DNA of 64,000 nucleotides. Origin: Azolla caroliniana. Its lineage: Eukaryota; Plantae; Polypodiophyta. The translations under genes and the position numbers were made by a program. The stretch is from positions 4,030,001-4,094,000 of the forward strand of contig JBHGNT010000014.1 of NCBI GenBank assembly GCA_043228905.1, given 5' to 3'. Positions 48,289 to 61,300 of the stretch are shown in pieces (within the stretch, counting starts at the first letter, position 1; every line of letters begins with the position of its first letter). The notes beneath the pieces were generated by a model. That model searched no databases. It saw only the letters and a program-made list of their open reading frames with translations, and was not told the DNA's origin.

Positions 48289-49465
48289 CCATTCGTTGTT
48301 GCTCGTCTATGAGGAAACACAGATCACCAAGCGTGCTAAAAGTGTTGCCTCTTAGGAACACGGTTCATGGTTAGTCCTTCGACCTAGACCCCAAGATGGG
48401 TGTGGAACAACGAACAAAGCTTAAGCGTACTGCATAAGGAGAGAACCTCTATGATTCCTCCGTGTGTACGGGGAGACGGCTACAACCGACTCCTTATCAC
48501 AGGTTGCACTTACGTACTACTACGCTTACGTATCCGAGACACAGACACTGAATTAGTCGCAGCTATACACAAAAACTCAGAGAAGATAGTATTTTATTAT
48601 CAGGTGTTCTTTTACATTTCCCAAAAATTACACGCACCTCGTTAAGAGGTTTTTTGCCCTTTATATCTGCAGGGTCTAATTAACCATTCACGCTTCCCGC
48701 GTGAACCGTTACATACGTTACGCTTATATAGTTTCTTATTCCTACGCTTTTGGCCGTTGGTTACTATTCCGGTGGACAACAGTTCCCGGATGCCGGACAG
48801 CTAGCGCACAATTCTTGCTCGGCCGTTGGTTAACAAGCAGCGAGCACAGGGGCTCAGGATGGAGATGCATACGGAGACAAGATGGAGATGCATACTCAAC
48901 ACAGAGAGAACAATCGGATACAATGAAAATGAAATAGATTAAACAAGAGAGGAATACAACCGGACTCGGCCAGTGTCAGAGCTACGTGCTCTCGAGACAC
49001 GCGCGCGCGCAGGAACACAGAATGATGAAACTCTGGTTGAGAGCTCACGGGATTCCTATGCGAGTAGAGGCTTCACCTTCTTCCTCTAATGAGTACAACA
49101 CATGAGACAGAGAGAGGGAGAGAGCTTGGCACTGAAACCGACAACACTTTGTCCTCCAAAACGTGGATCCCTCAAACAGGCTCAAGCCTCCCCTTTTATA
49201 GCACAAGGGGAGGTCGTTACATCGTGATCAGTGTCAACCTTTCTTAGAAAGATTTTCCCTGATTTCCTCACATCAAATTCTCGTATTCCTCTCTATCTGT
49301 GCGGGACTTGACGTTCCCATTAAATCCTACCCCCTACTACTTTCTAGTTCTAAGTTATTTACATATGTTTGTACATAAAGACTTAACTTTTGTGTGAATC
49401 CATGCACACACTCGTTCATGTGCATTCGGCTCCGTTTCTCTCTATGGTCGGAATCCTTTACGACA

Positions 49466-49951
49466 ATGTCACAAAGGTGCTTGAAAGGTTCAATATGTTG
49501 GACGCAAAGCCGGTCGGATCGACACTTTCAGCAAATTGCAAGTTGTCCGGAAAATAGAGGCCGAAGACAAAGACAGAGAAGTCGTGATGAGGATATTGTA
49601 TGTCTATGCAGTCGGTAGCCTCATGTACGCGATGGTGTGCACACAACCAAACATCGGATATGCAGTCGGAGTGGTGAACCGGTTCATGAGCAATCTAGGA
49701 AAGGACCATTGGGCAGCCATTAAGTGGATACTCCGGTGCTTGAAAGGCACTTCGAATATGTGCCTCAGATTTAGCTCAGCCAAGCCCCAATTGGAAGGTT
49801 TCACTGATTCAGACATGTCGGCTAATGCAGATACCGACTAGTCTACATTCGGATACGTCATGACATATGTAGGAGGAGTTGTATCGTGGCAGTCAAGGCT
49901 ATAGAAGTCCGTTGCACTATCGACAATGGAAGCGGAGTACATGGCAGCCAT
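49466..49951 (+). mobile_element. Degenerate Copia A, 3' part (RT end to RNase H), truncated by the next LTR
   Basis: VGSLMYAMVCT...EGFTDSD...EAEYMA continues the sequence broken at 14543. Confidence 0.85.
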
Positions 49952-52900
49952 TGTCGTGAAGTACGAAACCTTCACATTAAAGTCTACAATAAGATAAATA
50001 TGTGACTAAAATAAAATAAATCTTGATAATATTTTATACATAAAGATAATATTAACAACACACTATGATAATATTATACATTATATTTAGAGGCAAATAA
50101 AAATATATATATGTTATATTACATGGACGAAAGAGCATTTGAGCCAATAACCCCTACCTTAAGACACTCAAACCTTACCATTTAGCTTATATTGATAATT
50201 TACAAAAAATCATATGCGTTGTTTATTTGAAGGAGTATTTTATAGTCTAAACCATGTAATATACTACATGCACATTGTAAAGAATCTAACTCTAGTAGAG
50301 TTTAGTATTCAGAAGCGTAGTGTGTGTGTGTGAGAGAGAGAGAGTGAGTGAGTGTATCAGCAAGAGAATGACCAGAAAAATAAGAAAACACGTAGTAGGG
50401 GGATGACAACTTATGCACTTAAGAGAGCTATATTAATTATCTAAAGATCATCAACAAAACAAAATGGCCAAAGGGGGTTTTATATACAAGTCCTCAAGAG
50501 ACTTCCATATTAAATGTGTTGGTGGAATCTAACCAAGATATCCACTTGAGTACGATTTTTCCTAAGAATATCAAATATTCTTTGACCACATTAACACTCG
50601 ACAACTACACCGATTACAATAAAGTGTGCTCACACACACACTCGACAACTACACGGAGTACAATAAAGTGTGCTCACACTCTTTTTCACACATCGTCCAT
50701 TTCTTCATAAGCACATGTTCACACAAGTTGAGCTTGATTCTCAACACGTCCCCTCAAGGTCAATTGTGTGTCCTCTTAAGCTTGGTTGTCTTGGTGTAGT
50801 TGAAGACCCAACTGTAGTTGGTCGGACTACTAGACCGTGGTTTTCCTATTGTTCCTATGTACTTGATCTTGATCTAGCAATGTTGATCTTGCCGATCCAA
50901 AATTTCAAGCTTTGTAAAGTCTTCCTCTAACTTGTTGGGTCAAGTCGGATTAGATGTGTCGGCCTTACTTTTGTCGATGCCATTCTCACTTTTCCTCTTG
51001 TATGGTGCTGAATCTCCATGTTTTCCTTCATCTTTGTACTTGTACTCTCCCCCAAGCTCAGCATATCGAATGGTCTAAGGCCTAGATCCACGGAGAATTG
51101 TCGTAGCTTGTCAAGACCTAGCATCTTAGTGAAAATATCAGCCACTTGCATGTTGGTGCCAATGTATTGGAGGTCAATGTCGTCGGCCAATATGCGCTCA
51201 CGGATGTAATGATAGTGCACCTCAATGTGCTTAGTCTAGGAGTGAAACACCGGTTCTTTGCAAGCTGGATGCTGTTGAGATTATCGCAGTGGATCAGTAT
51301 TGGCTTGTTCACCAATTCGTTGAAGTGTTTCAACAGTCTTTTAAGCCATACAGCTTCGCAAGCAGCTACAACTGTGGCCCTATACTCCGCTTCAGTGCTC
51401 GATAGAGCGACTGTTGGTTGTTTCTTGCTGCTCTAAGAGATTGCTCCACTACTGAGTGAAAACATAAATCCTGAAGTGGATCTCCTATCAGATGTATTGC
51501 CCGCCCAATCAGCATTCGTGAAGCCTTCAAGTTGAAGTGGTACTCCACGCTTATGGAAGATACCATAATCAAGTGTTCCACTAACATAACGTAACACTTG
51601 CTTAGCACAATCTATGTGAGTGTTGTGGGGGTTTTGCATGAACTAGCTAAGAAGCCCGACTGGATAACTGAGGTCTGGTCAGGTAATAGTTAGGTAGATA
51701 AGACTTCCGATTATTTGGCGATATTGTGTCGACTCGCAGAATTTGCCAGAATCTGCAGTTAGCTTCATATTTTGATCAAGGGGTGTCGAGATGGACTTAC
51801 ACTCGGTCATTCCGAACTTGTAGAGCAAGTTCAACACATAGTGTCATTGTGAGAGTAGGAAACCCTTCTGGAGTTTGAATGACCTCGATGCCAACAAATT
51901 AATGCAAGTTAGTCAGATCCTTCATCTCAAACTTATTTAAAAGCAACTTTTTAATCTTTTGTGTCTCGGTGAGGCTTTCTCCACCGATGACAAAGTCATC
52001 GACATACAAGATTAAGAAGATGGGGCTTTTGGGATTGTTCCAAACATAGAAGGAGTTATCAGATTTTGACATCCAGAAGCCAATGTCGTGAAGATATGAT
52101 GTGATCTTTGAATGCCATGCCCTTGGGGCTTGCTTCAGTCCATAGAGTAGCTTCTTCAATCGGCAAACTGCATGTGGATGTTTGTTTGATTCGAAGCCAG
52201 GTGGTTGCATCATGTAAACTTCCTCCTCGAGCTCAGCTTGGAGGAATGCGTTCTTCACATCCATTTGATACAAGTTCCACCCTTTCGCTGCAGTGAGTGT
52301 AATTACCGTCCTCATGGTGGTCATTTTTGCCACCGGGGCAAATGTTTCCTCATAGTCTATGCCATGGGTTTGAGCATACCCTTTGGCGACTAGCCGAGCC
52401 TTGAACCGATTGATCGTGCCATCCATATTATGCTTTATATTGAACACCTAGCGGCAACCAATTGGCTTTTTGTAGATTTCAGAGGATGGGACTAAATCTC
52501 AAGTATCGTTGTCAAACAACACACGCATCTCCTTCCTCATTGCCTCAATCCACCGGGGATCTTGGGCAGCTTCTTTGTAAGTCTCGGGTTCTTGGTCTAC
52601 TACGACCTTCATCATGAATGCATAGTGGTGGGCCATGTACTCAGTGTACCCAAACCTAACTATCGGGCTCTTTTGTCGGTTCGATTGATGGAGTTTTCCT
52701 TTAGTCACTTCCGAAGCCTTCTTCATTTCATACTTGTTGTCGACTGATCGTGGTGAATGATCTGAGTCTTCACTAGATGTCATGTCCTTGGCCTCTTGCT
52801 CACGCATCTTGCCCCTTTTTTTTCTTTCTACGGGTGTAGCACCAAGGTGACAGCACATCAGAGGTTTCTTCATGTTGTGCAAGACTCTGATGGCTGGATG

Positions 52901-53971
52901 ACACCTCAGGTCTAGTCAGCTGGAGTGTGGGCAGGCTCTTTGCTGGTTCTCTACCCATAATGGTCGTTAACATCTCTTCTTCTTCACTCTAAGAATCTGC
53001 TCTAGATTTGCTTGTTTCGAGTACGGTGGGGGTCACTGATGTTGGGCCATACCATGATGTCACTTCATCAAATACCACATCTCGGCTTACTCGTGACTAT
53101 CGAGTGATGGGGTTAAAACACTTATAGCCCTTTTGCTCAAGTGAGTAACCGATGAGGATCATCTTCTCCGATTTTGGGTCAAGCTTTCTCCGCTTCTCAT
53201 CGGGGACATGCACAAATGCAATGCTACCAAAAACCTTCAAGTGTGAAAGTTCTAGCTTTGTCCCAAAATACTTCTCGTGAGGGGTGATGTCATGGACACC
53301 CTCGGTCGTGCACCTATTGATGAGATACACAACCGTAACATATGCTTCTGCCCAATAGAACTTGGGCATTTTCTTCTTGTGCAACATGGCACGGGCCATC
53401 TCAAGAATTGTGCGATTCTTCCACTCAGCAACGCCGTTTTGCTGTGGTGTGTACCGGCAAGTGAATTCCCGGTGAATTCCCTTCTCTTCTAGAAAGACCT
53501 TGAACTCAATTGAAAAGTATTCTTGGCCACCATCAGACCGTAAGCATTGAATGTTGCAATTTGTCTCATTTTCCATGCAATTCTTTAACTTGAGAAAGTG
53601 GGAGAAGACCTCACTTTTCGACATTATCAAACATATCCAAGTATGCCGCAAATAGTCTTCAATGAAGGTAATGAAGTACCTACACCCACTGATTGTCGTT
53701 GTTTGAGCTGGGCCCCATACATCTGAGTCGATGGCATCCAACAAGCCATTACTCACATTTCTTTTGTTTAGGAATGGATGCCTATGTTGCTTGCCTAGTT
53801 GGCACGCCTCACATACATTATCAGGATGTTTCAAAGTAAGACGTGGCAATCCATGCACAACCCCTTTTGTTTGCATTGATCAGAGGTTACCGAGGTTTAC
53901 ATGGCCAACCCTTTTGTGCCACAACTCAATATCAGACTCAGCCTTGAGTCCCTTTGCATACATTGTTGTGT
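49952..53971 (-). mobile_element. Degenerate Copia of a different family: 3' LTR 49952-50746, PPT, pol; 5'-truncated
   Basis: TG...CA LTR preceded by GAGGGGA; LWHKRVGH, integrase, KARLVAKGY, YVDD, RNase H with stops. Confidence 0.85.
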
Positions 53972-54400
53972 TCACCTATATCCTGATCGGTTCTCCACTT
54001 TGGCTAACCATCGAGTGAAGAACTCGAGCGCTTTGTCTTTCGACCTAATCGAGTAGGCCCAAACATTCCATGTACAATCATCTACGAATGTGATGAAGAA
54101 TCAGGAGCCTCCCAGAGATCTCTCAGGCATCGGCCCACAGATGTTTGTGTGCACAAGCTCTAGCGGCTATCGTACCATCTCGTAGTGGAGAGAGTGCAGA
54201 CTTAAGGTATGTTTCTCGTAACGACAATGTTTGCAGAAGTTCGTCTTTGTCTAGAGCTTCGGGACGTAGCCAATTGCCATCAACTAGTCTAGTCTGGCTT
54301 GAGATATATGGCCTAGTCGGCCATGCCATAGGTTTGAGTCCCACGATTCGACTAAGTTCACAGCCCCTTCTGGATTGATTGCCATCAACAGATGTCGGTT
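53972..54400 (-). mobile_element. Short Copia GAG-pre-integrase/integrase fragment
   Basis: LWHGRLGHISQA and FITFVDDCT...WAYSIRSKD on the minus strand. Confidence 0.65.
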
Positions 54401-54564
54401 ATTGTACTTGTATCCACCTCCTCCGATTTTCATATTCCATTGGCTTAGTCGTTCCGTACATATATACGTGAGAAGAGGAGAGGAGCCCCACCATTGCGCA
54501 ATTCTTTCTTCTTTCTTTACAAGTTAATCCAAAGGCACACACAGACAGACACACAGACAGAGAG

Positions 54565-56556
54565 ATGCCTGAGGAGAGTAAGATCTCTTCTTCTTCTTCT
54601 TCTAATTCTTCCTCTTCCACTTCTGGTAGCAGCAAGAAGAGAGAGGAGGTTGTTGCAGATGTGGGCGCATGGGCCATGAACATCACCAGCTCTGTGGGCA
54701 TCATCATGGCCAACAAGCAAGTCATGTCCCCCAAAGGCTACGATTTCCGATTCGGTATGTATATATATATCTATATCATCCCTTGTTTGCTTCCATTTGA
54801 TTCAAAAAACTCAGCAAGTCTCTGTTTTGTGGCCGGCTTTATGTCCGAGATCTGCAGCTACTACCCTCACAGCCTTCCATTTCACGGTCACAGCTCTGGT
54901 TGGTTATGTTTCTTCATCAATCACGGGAGAAGTCTCAAAGCAGACTGTTCCTTTCAATGACCTCCTATGGTTTTCTGTAGTCGCAAATACCTCCATCGTT
55001 TGCATGAACCTAAGCCTAATGCTCAATTCAGTAGGGTTTTATCAGGTATTTTCTCCCTTCATATACTACACACCGATGCATCGAATCTGATGGCTCCTCA
55101 TCTTTACCAATTACATATCCTGTCTATGTTTCCGTTTGCTGCGATTCCGGCATTGAGATTGACTTGCATTTTCCCACATTCAATTCTCTGGATTGGAATC
55201 GAATCTTATGATTCTCTTTTCTCATCATGTCTTCATCAGATCTCGAAATTAAGCATGGTGCCGGTCGTATGTGTGCTTGAATGGATCCTCCATAGCAAAA
55301 CATACACTAAAGAAGTGAAGGCGGCGGTGGTAGTGGTGGTGGTTGGTGTTGCCGTATGCACAGTCACAGATGTGCATATCAATCTTGGAGGCTTTGTGTC
55401 AGCTCTCATTGCTGTGCTTTCCTCATCCTTGCAACAGATTGTAAGCCTTCGCTTCTGTCAATCAATCACTAGAGTTTCACATGTATGCACCACGTTCACA
55501 TATCAAAGCATAGGATATATGTATGTATCCATGTATGTATTTGTATCTATATGTATCTATTTATGTATTTGTATCTATGTATCTATGTATATGTATTTGT
55601 ATCCATATGTATCTATGCATCTATGTATATGTATTTGTATCTATATGTATCTATGTATCTATGTATATGTATTTGTATCCATATGTATCTATGCATCTAT
55701 GTATCTATGCATTTGTATCCATATTTATCTATGCATCTATGTATCTATGTATCTATGTATTTGTATCTATATGTATCTATGTATCTATGTATCTATGTAA
55801 CAAGAGAGGGAGAGGGGGAACTTCTATATATAGTAGATATAACACGGCGTAACCTCACAACATGGCACCACTTTAACAGAATCTTGCTGGTTTTTTCTTG
55901 TTCCATTTCACAGTATATTGGATCTTTTCAGAAGAAGTATTCCATTGGCTCTTTCGAATTGCTAAAGAAGACAGCTCCATTTCAAGCTATGTCACTGTTA
56001 TTTCTAGGACCTTTTGTTGACTACATTTTGAATGGCAAGAATATCTTGGCATATCCTTTCTCCCCAGGCTCCATTGTAAGTAGTAAAAGACAAATATTTC
56101 ATGTCCCAATATCCCTGGAATTTGAAAGAAAGATGCCATCATTCGATGGATAGATATGATTCCAAAGTTTCTCATGTTCTTTTTTGTGATCAGTTTTTTA
56201 TAGCACTATCATGTGCACTGGCAGTATTTTGCAACATTAGCCAATACCTTTGCATCGGCAGGTTTTCGGCAGTGACTTTTCAAGTGTTGGGCCACATGAA
56301 GACGGTTTGTGTGCTTGTTCTTGGTTGGGCCTTATTCGATTCATCGTTGACAGCAAAGAACATGGTGGGTATGTTGATGGCTATCCTTGGAATGGTGATC
56401 TACAGTTGGGCGGTTGAGAAGGCGAAGAGGGTGGACGTGTCTCCATCTGCTCTTTTCAAAGAGAGTAGCCTCACTGAAGAAGATGTAGCCTTGCTCGTGA
56501 CAAGTAGTGGTGCCGAGAAGACTGGGATCGAACTTGGCCATGGAAGCTTGAGATGA
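54565..56556 (+). CDS. URGT: UDP-rhamnose/UDP-galactose transporter (nucleotide-sugar transporter, TPT fold), 367 aa, 5 exons
   Basis: Exons 54565-54754, 54858-55045, 55240-55440, 55914-56075, 56194-56556 are all GT-AG and in frame; DVGAWAMN..SSVGIIMANKQ, LMLNSVGFYQISKL, FQVLGHMKT. Confidence 0.92.
55515..55798 (+). repeat. (ATCTATGT)n-type microsatellite in intron 3
   Basis: Low-complexity TATG/TATC array. Confidence 0.9.
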
Positions 56557-56694
56557 AATAATGATTTCATTCTGGAATCATGGAAGCTTGAAATGAAAAA
56601 TTAAATTCATTTTGGCATGATTCTGATTGGTGAGTTTCTATTGGGGAGTTTCTGTTACAATAACTGCATACTGAGTCTTTACTGATACTTGGCT

Positions 56695-56984
56695 TCTAGA
56701 GTTGAAGAAAACACAAAAAAAAGGCGTTTCAATGCTACTACCATATCATCCCCTCGGTGAGAGATTCTTGTTTTATCCTTTTTCTTTCAAATTGTATGCT
56801 AGATATATACATGGAGAGACCATGAGAGATTGGCATCTGGAGTTGAAGAAAACGCAAAAAAGAAAGCGTTTCAATTCTACTACCATGATCATCCCCTCGA
56901 CGAGAGAGATGCTTGTTTTATCGTTTTATCTTTTCTTACATCATTTTCAAATTGTATGCTAGATATGTACATGGAGAGACCATA
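56695..56984 (+). repeat. ~140-bp tandem duplication downstream of URGT
   Basis: GAGTTGAAGAAAAC...ACATGGAGAGACCAT occurs twice. Confidence 0.8.
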
Positions 56985-57059
56985 ACATGTACCAAGGAAT
57001 TTCTTCTCCAATATGACTAAATACTAGTTGATTCAACATTCTTTGAAGTTGGAGTCGCT

Positions 57060-57845
57060 GATGTTTGTCACTACTATCTTTTTAGAATGATTAAATTTGT
57101 TTGAAAAGATTGAATACTAGCAAGGTAATGTACAATTTCATGTCATTTTGGATTCTCAAAGCACTTTTTAAGTAACATGGGCGTCAAACAAGGATGTCCA
57201 CTATGACCCACACTTTTTGGCTTATGTATTAATAAATTAGAAGTGATGAATAGGGTTGCAAGAGAAGAAGGATTGAATGCCCCCAAATTGATGTAACATG
57301 TTATCTTATTGTTTCTATATGCAGATGATGTGGTACTTTTCTCATATGATGTTGATAGTATGTAACATTTACGTGGGGTATTAGAAGAATTTTACCATAA
57401 TAGTGGACTAGCAGTGAATGTGGAGAAAACAAAAATGATGGTAGTGCAAACCATCTAACCTCATCATTACCCTATGCTCACATATGGAGGTGAACATATA
57501 TAATTTGTTCGAAGCTTTAAATATCTTGGTATTAATATACTTGGCACAAATAAATAGTGCATGCTTTTATTCTAGGCTCAAAGCCAGTTGGAAATCGTAT
57601 TGCTTTTTGGAGAACCAATGCAACCAAAGTGATACTTGTAGATGGGAAGTAAAACTAATGTTGTTCAATGCGACAATAACTCAAGTATTGCTTTATGGAG
57701 TAGAAGTATGGGGTGACACCATCTCTCTTAATGCATGGAATGAGATTGAGAAAATTCAAAAGATGTTTTTAAGGAGGCATTTAGGAATTAAATGCACTAC
57801 CACTTACTAGGTTATGCTCTTGTAAACAGGTGTTTGACCCATTCA
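57060..57845 (+). mobile_element. Degenerate non-LTR (LINE) reverse-transcriptase fragment
   Basis: GVKQGCPL, LYADD, GLAVNVEKTK, FKYLG, LLYGVEVW, with stops. Confidence 0.85.
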
Positions 57846-57849
57846 ACAA

Positions 57850-58368
57850 AGCTCTTCACCTTCAAGAAATAGGAGAAGACTTCATTCATTTTCTCGATCA
57901 AGCACGCCTAAGTGTGTCAAGTGTAGTTATCGATGAAGGTTACAAAGTAGCGATTTCCTTTGATGCTCACGTTCTGTGCTGGTTCCCTCACATTCGAATG
58001 GATTAAATTGACCTTATTTCAGCTCTGATTTTGCTCATTGGGGAATGGAAGTTGGTGATACTTCCTTAATTGACAAGCGTCAAATAATTGGCCTTCTGGT
58101 TATTGAACTTACGCAAACTAAAAACTATTTGTTTCGACTGTCTCTCCAAAAGCTTTGGGAAGTTGACATGGCCGGGCCGCTTGTGCCACAGGTCAATGTA
58201 CGAGTCAACCTTTTGTCATTTGGCAAACATATCGATGCCTATGTCGTTTGTCTTGAGGATAAACATCCTCCTTTCTCGACGTCCTTGTGTGATTATTTTG
58301 CCTTCTTCGATGAAGCACCCTTGGTAAGTGAACCAAACTTGCATGCCTTGGTCGACGATTTGACCGAC
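57850..58368 (-). mobile_element. Copia pol fragment (protease end to integrase start)
   Basis: VGQIVDQG, LWHKRPGHVN, RYFVTFID. Confidence 0.75.
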
Positions 58369-61300
58369 CGACACTAGGAAGCGAATGGACAGACACGGAA
58401 TCAGTATGCCGATCCGGATCCAAACTAGTTCGTTGCCAGTTGCTAGTTGGCACCGGTTTGTACCTAAAGCCGGAGACCTATAAAAAGGGTCGACTAGATT
58501 GTAATCATTAGTGGATAATTAATAGAGTGATGTTGTTCTACATCTTAATCATTGTTAATTACTGTTCTGTGCTAAGTGTAATTTATCCTACGCATGTATT
58601 GTGACTAATGATATTGCTGCTAGTAACCCATTAGGGTTCCATTAACCGTCGGTCTAACTCTATCTCACTGCAACACCCCTTTGGTGAATTGTCTCAGAGG
58701 GACACCCTGTGTTAGGCCATTGTCCGGCCGTTCGATAACATAGTTTTTGGCGACCACGATTCCTGCACATACGCAACGAACAACGTCGGGCATGGATGAC
58801 GAGACCAACAAACAACTTGGTTACAGAGCGAGCAAGAAGACTTGCCGAAGGATTGCGGAAGCAAGAGGCTTTCCAACATGCTGTAGAAGAGATCCGTGCG
58901 GATCGCTCATTTTCCAAAGTAATTTAGCGAGTGGCTGCCGAGTCACTCCGCCGATCGTAGAATTCCCAACCGGACGAAGGAAGCAGCGTGAGCAGTCTCC
59001 GGGACGCGGAATCCATCCTGTAGGCACTAGCAACAAGGGGAGGCGATTAAGAACCATTCTAGGCCTTCAAATCGGATTCAGATGACAAATGTAGCACCCA
59101 TTCGAATTATCATAGTATCCACGACACCCCAGACGGACCGGAGGACGAGCAGTCGGATACCTTGCTGACACAAGAACCGGAGTTAACGGAACTGGAAGCC
59201 CCAAATCAGCAGGTGGCGGATCAACTCTCGACACTGCCACGAGAGACACTGAAAGAAGAGGCAAGACCTTCGTCACCAAAAGAAGGAGGCAAGACCGCCG
59301 ACACCGAAAGAAGAAGAGGAAAGGCCTCTGTCACCGAAAGAAGAGGAGGGGAGACCTCCGACACCGGACGACGACATGCTGTTCCAATATCCCAAGTATC
59401 GGGATGATCCGGATGCAGAAGCTCATGTCTATGCATTTCTGCAAACATGGGAAGCCAACCATGTGTCGCAACGCTTGACAGCCGCTGAAGCGGAACGCTC
59501 GAAGATTGCAGAGTTCAACATGACCTTGGAAGGACTAGCCGCACGATGGCGCTTGACGCACACACCTGGCACCATCACGACGTTTGAGGACTTAAAAACC
59601 AGATTTTTACAATTCTTCAACAAAGAGGTGGATCAACGGGAGATGATCAACCTATTCTACACCATACGACAGGAACCTACGGAAACCATTCAAGAATTCA
59701 TAATCCGGTTCCAGTGAATGCACAGTCACCTCAATCGGGCACCATCGGAGGAGGAGGTGAAATCAATATTCCTAGCCGCACTTAGGGAACCCCTGCGTAT
59801 GGTGTGCATAGTGATTGATTTCCGCACCAGCACGATCAACCAAGTCATAGAAAGGGTAAGGGAGATGGAGAAAACAACCTCTTGGCTAACAATAGGGGCA
59901 CTCCAACGTACATTACCAACAGAAGATGACCTACGGTTTCGACAAGCTATACAATGTACGACTTGTCTCAATGTTGGGCACTTGGCAATAAAATGTACCA
60001 TGTGGACACAGTGCATGTTATGCCACTCCAGAACGCACACAATGGACCGATGCGAATATAACTTGCTGAGCCGACAAGCAGCACCGGTATGGCAAATTGA
60101 ACCCCGGAGCAACCAGGAGGAGGAAGAAGAACACTGGTGGCGAGAGGAGCGTTACCGGTTGGCACAAGATATCCGAAACAACGATAGAAAGGACGCTCAC
60201 GACCGAGACCGACAGGATAGCTATTGGGATTACAACGGTGATAGATATGAGCGATACAATCGGGATCACTCCCCCGGTTACAAGCAGCAGAGGGAGGATC
60301 AAGGCCACTATGAAAACTGGCCCCGATAGGGTTATCGGAACAAAAAACGCTTCAACAAAACATGGAACGCTAGGAAGGAGGACCGCTAGTGGCAACCAAA
60401 CAAGGGCACGCCAAGTACCCAACCAGACCAAGCACCTAACCGACCACCAATGGGACCTCAATCGGGAACCGGAGCGAACGCTGAATCCAGCAACACCCGG
60501 AAAGTGTACTGCTACTATTGCCGGCAAGAAGGACATTATAGCAATCAATGTCCGGTTAAAAGCTACGAGAAAAGACCAGCCGTAAATATGGTGGTAGTAG
60601 AAGTTGCCAACATACAACAAGTCACCACCAGAGCAAAAGGCAAAACAACGGAGTGAGAAACACAGGAGGCAATCCAAAAGCAAGCCACCGAGTGGGTGAA
60701 GAAGGCAAATGAGCAAAATGTGGTGGAGCTTGAACAACAAAAGGAGAAACCGGAAGGGGCCACCGACACAATTCAGCCGGAAAACCCAACATGGCAAGCG
60801 TTACAAGAATGTCAGATTATGCTGCCATTGGGACGATTATTACAGCTAGTGTCCCGGTTTACGGAAGGGCTGACATTAGGAATGACCACATCAATTTCGT
60901 TGCCGGATCCTGCATTCTTCTCAAATCCGGAAGAAGGGCCAGCAGTGGTAGACACGAACAGTCCGGCAATCACCGCCATCGTCAAAGGTCGAGAACTACC
61001 AGGGACGATTGTGGACGGAGGATCAGGCGTGAATGTGATCAGTTTACGGACTTGTAACACCCTAGGAATCCAGGAATGGGAGCCTTGCCCATTTTGGCTC
61101 GAAATGGCAGATACAAGTTTGGTAAGACCTACTGGTTTGATATGGGATCTAGATGTAACTATCGGAGGTCACGCATTCCGCATTTCGGCAGTGGTTCTCC
61201 AACTCAATGCGCAAGGGGCTTACCTGTTGTTTACATGCTGTTGCTGGGCCGCCCATGGCTAAAAACGGCGCATATCAAACAAAACTGGCGGAAAAATATG

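Larger units (their letters stand above)
14668..48781 (-). mobile_element. Gypsy B, Athila-like, degenerate; hosts C, D and F
   Basis: 439-bp LTRs 14668-15106 and 48343-48781 (about 22 differences by eye); TSD GTTCC; decayed PBS TAGCACGCTTGGT. Confidence 0.92.
14544..49465 (-). repeat. Solo LTR (~800 bp) split into 14544-14667 and 48787-49465 by element B
   Basis: TGTCG...CGACA termini; flanks ACATT/ATGTC both derivable from ACGTC by transitions; Copia A RT resumes after 49465; TATA-like CTATAAAAGGG on the minus strand. Confidence 0.75.

Noticed and set aside
55485-55852. Cys/Tyr/Ile-rich ORFs
   Set aside because: Translations of the intronic microsatellite.
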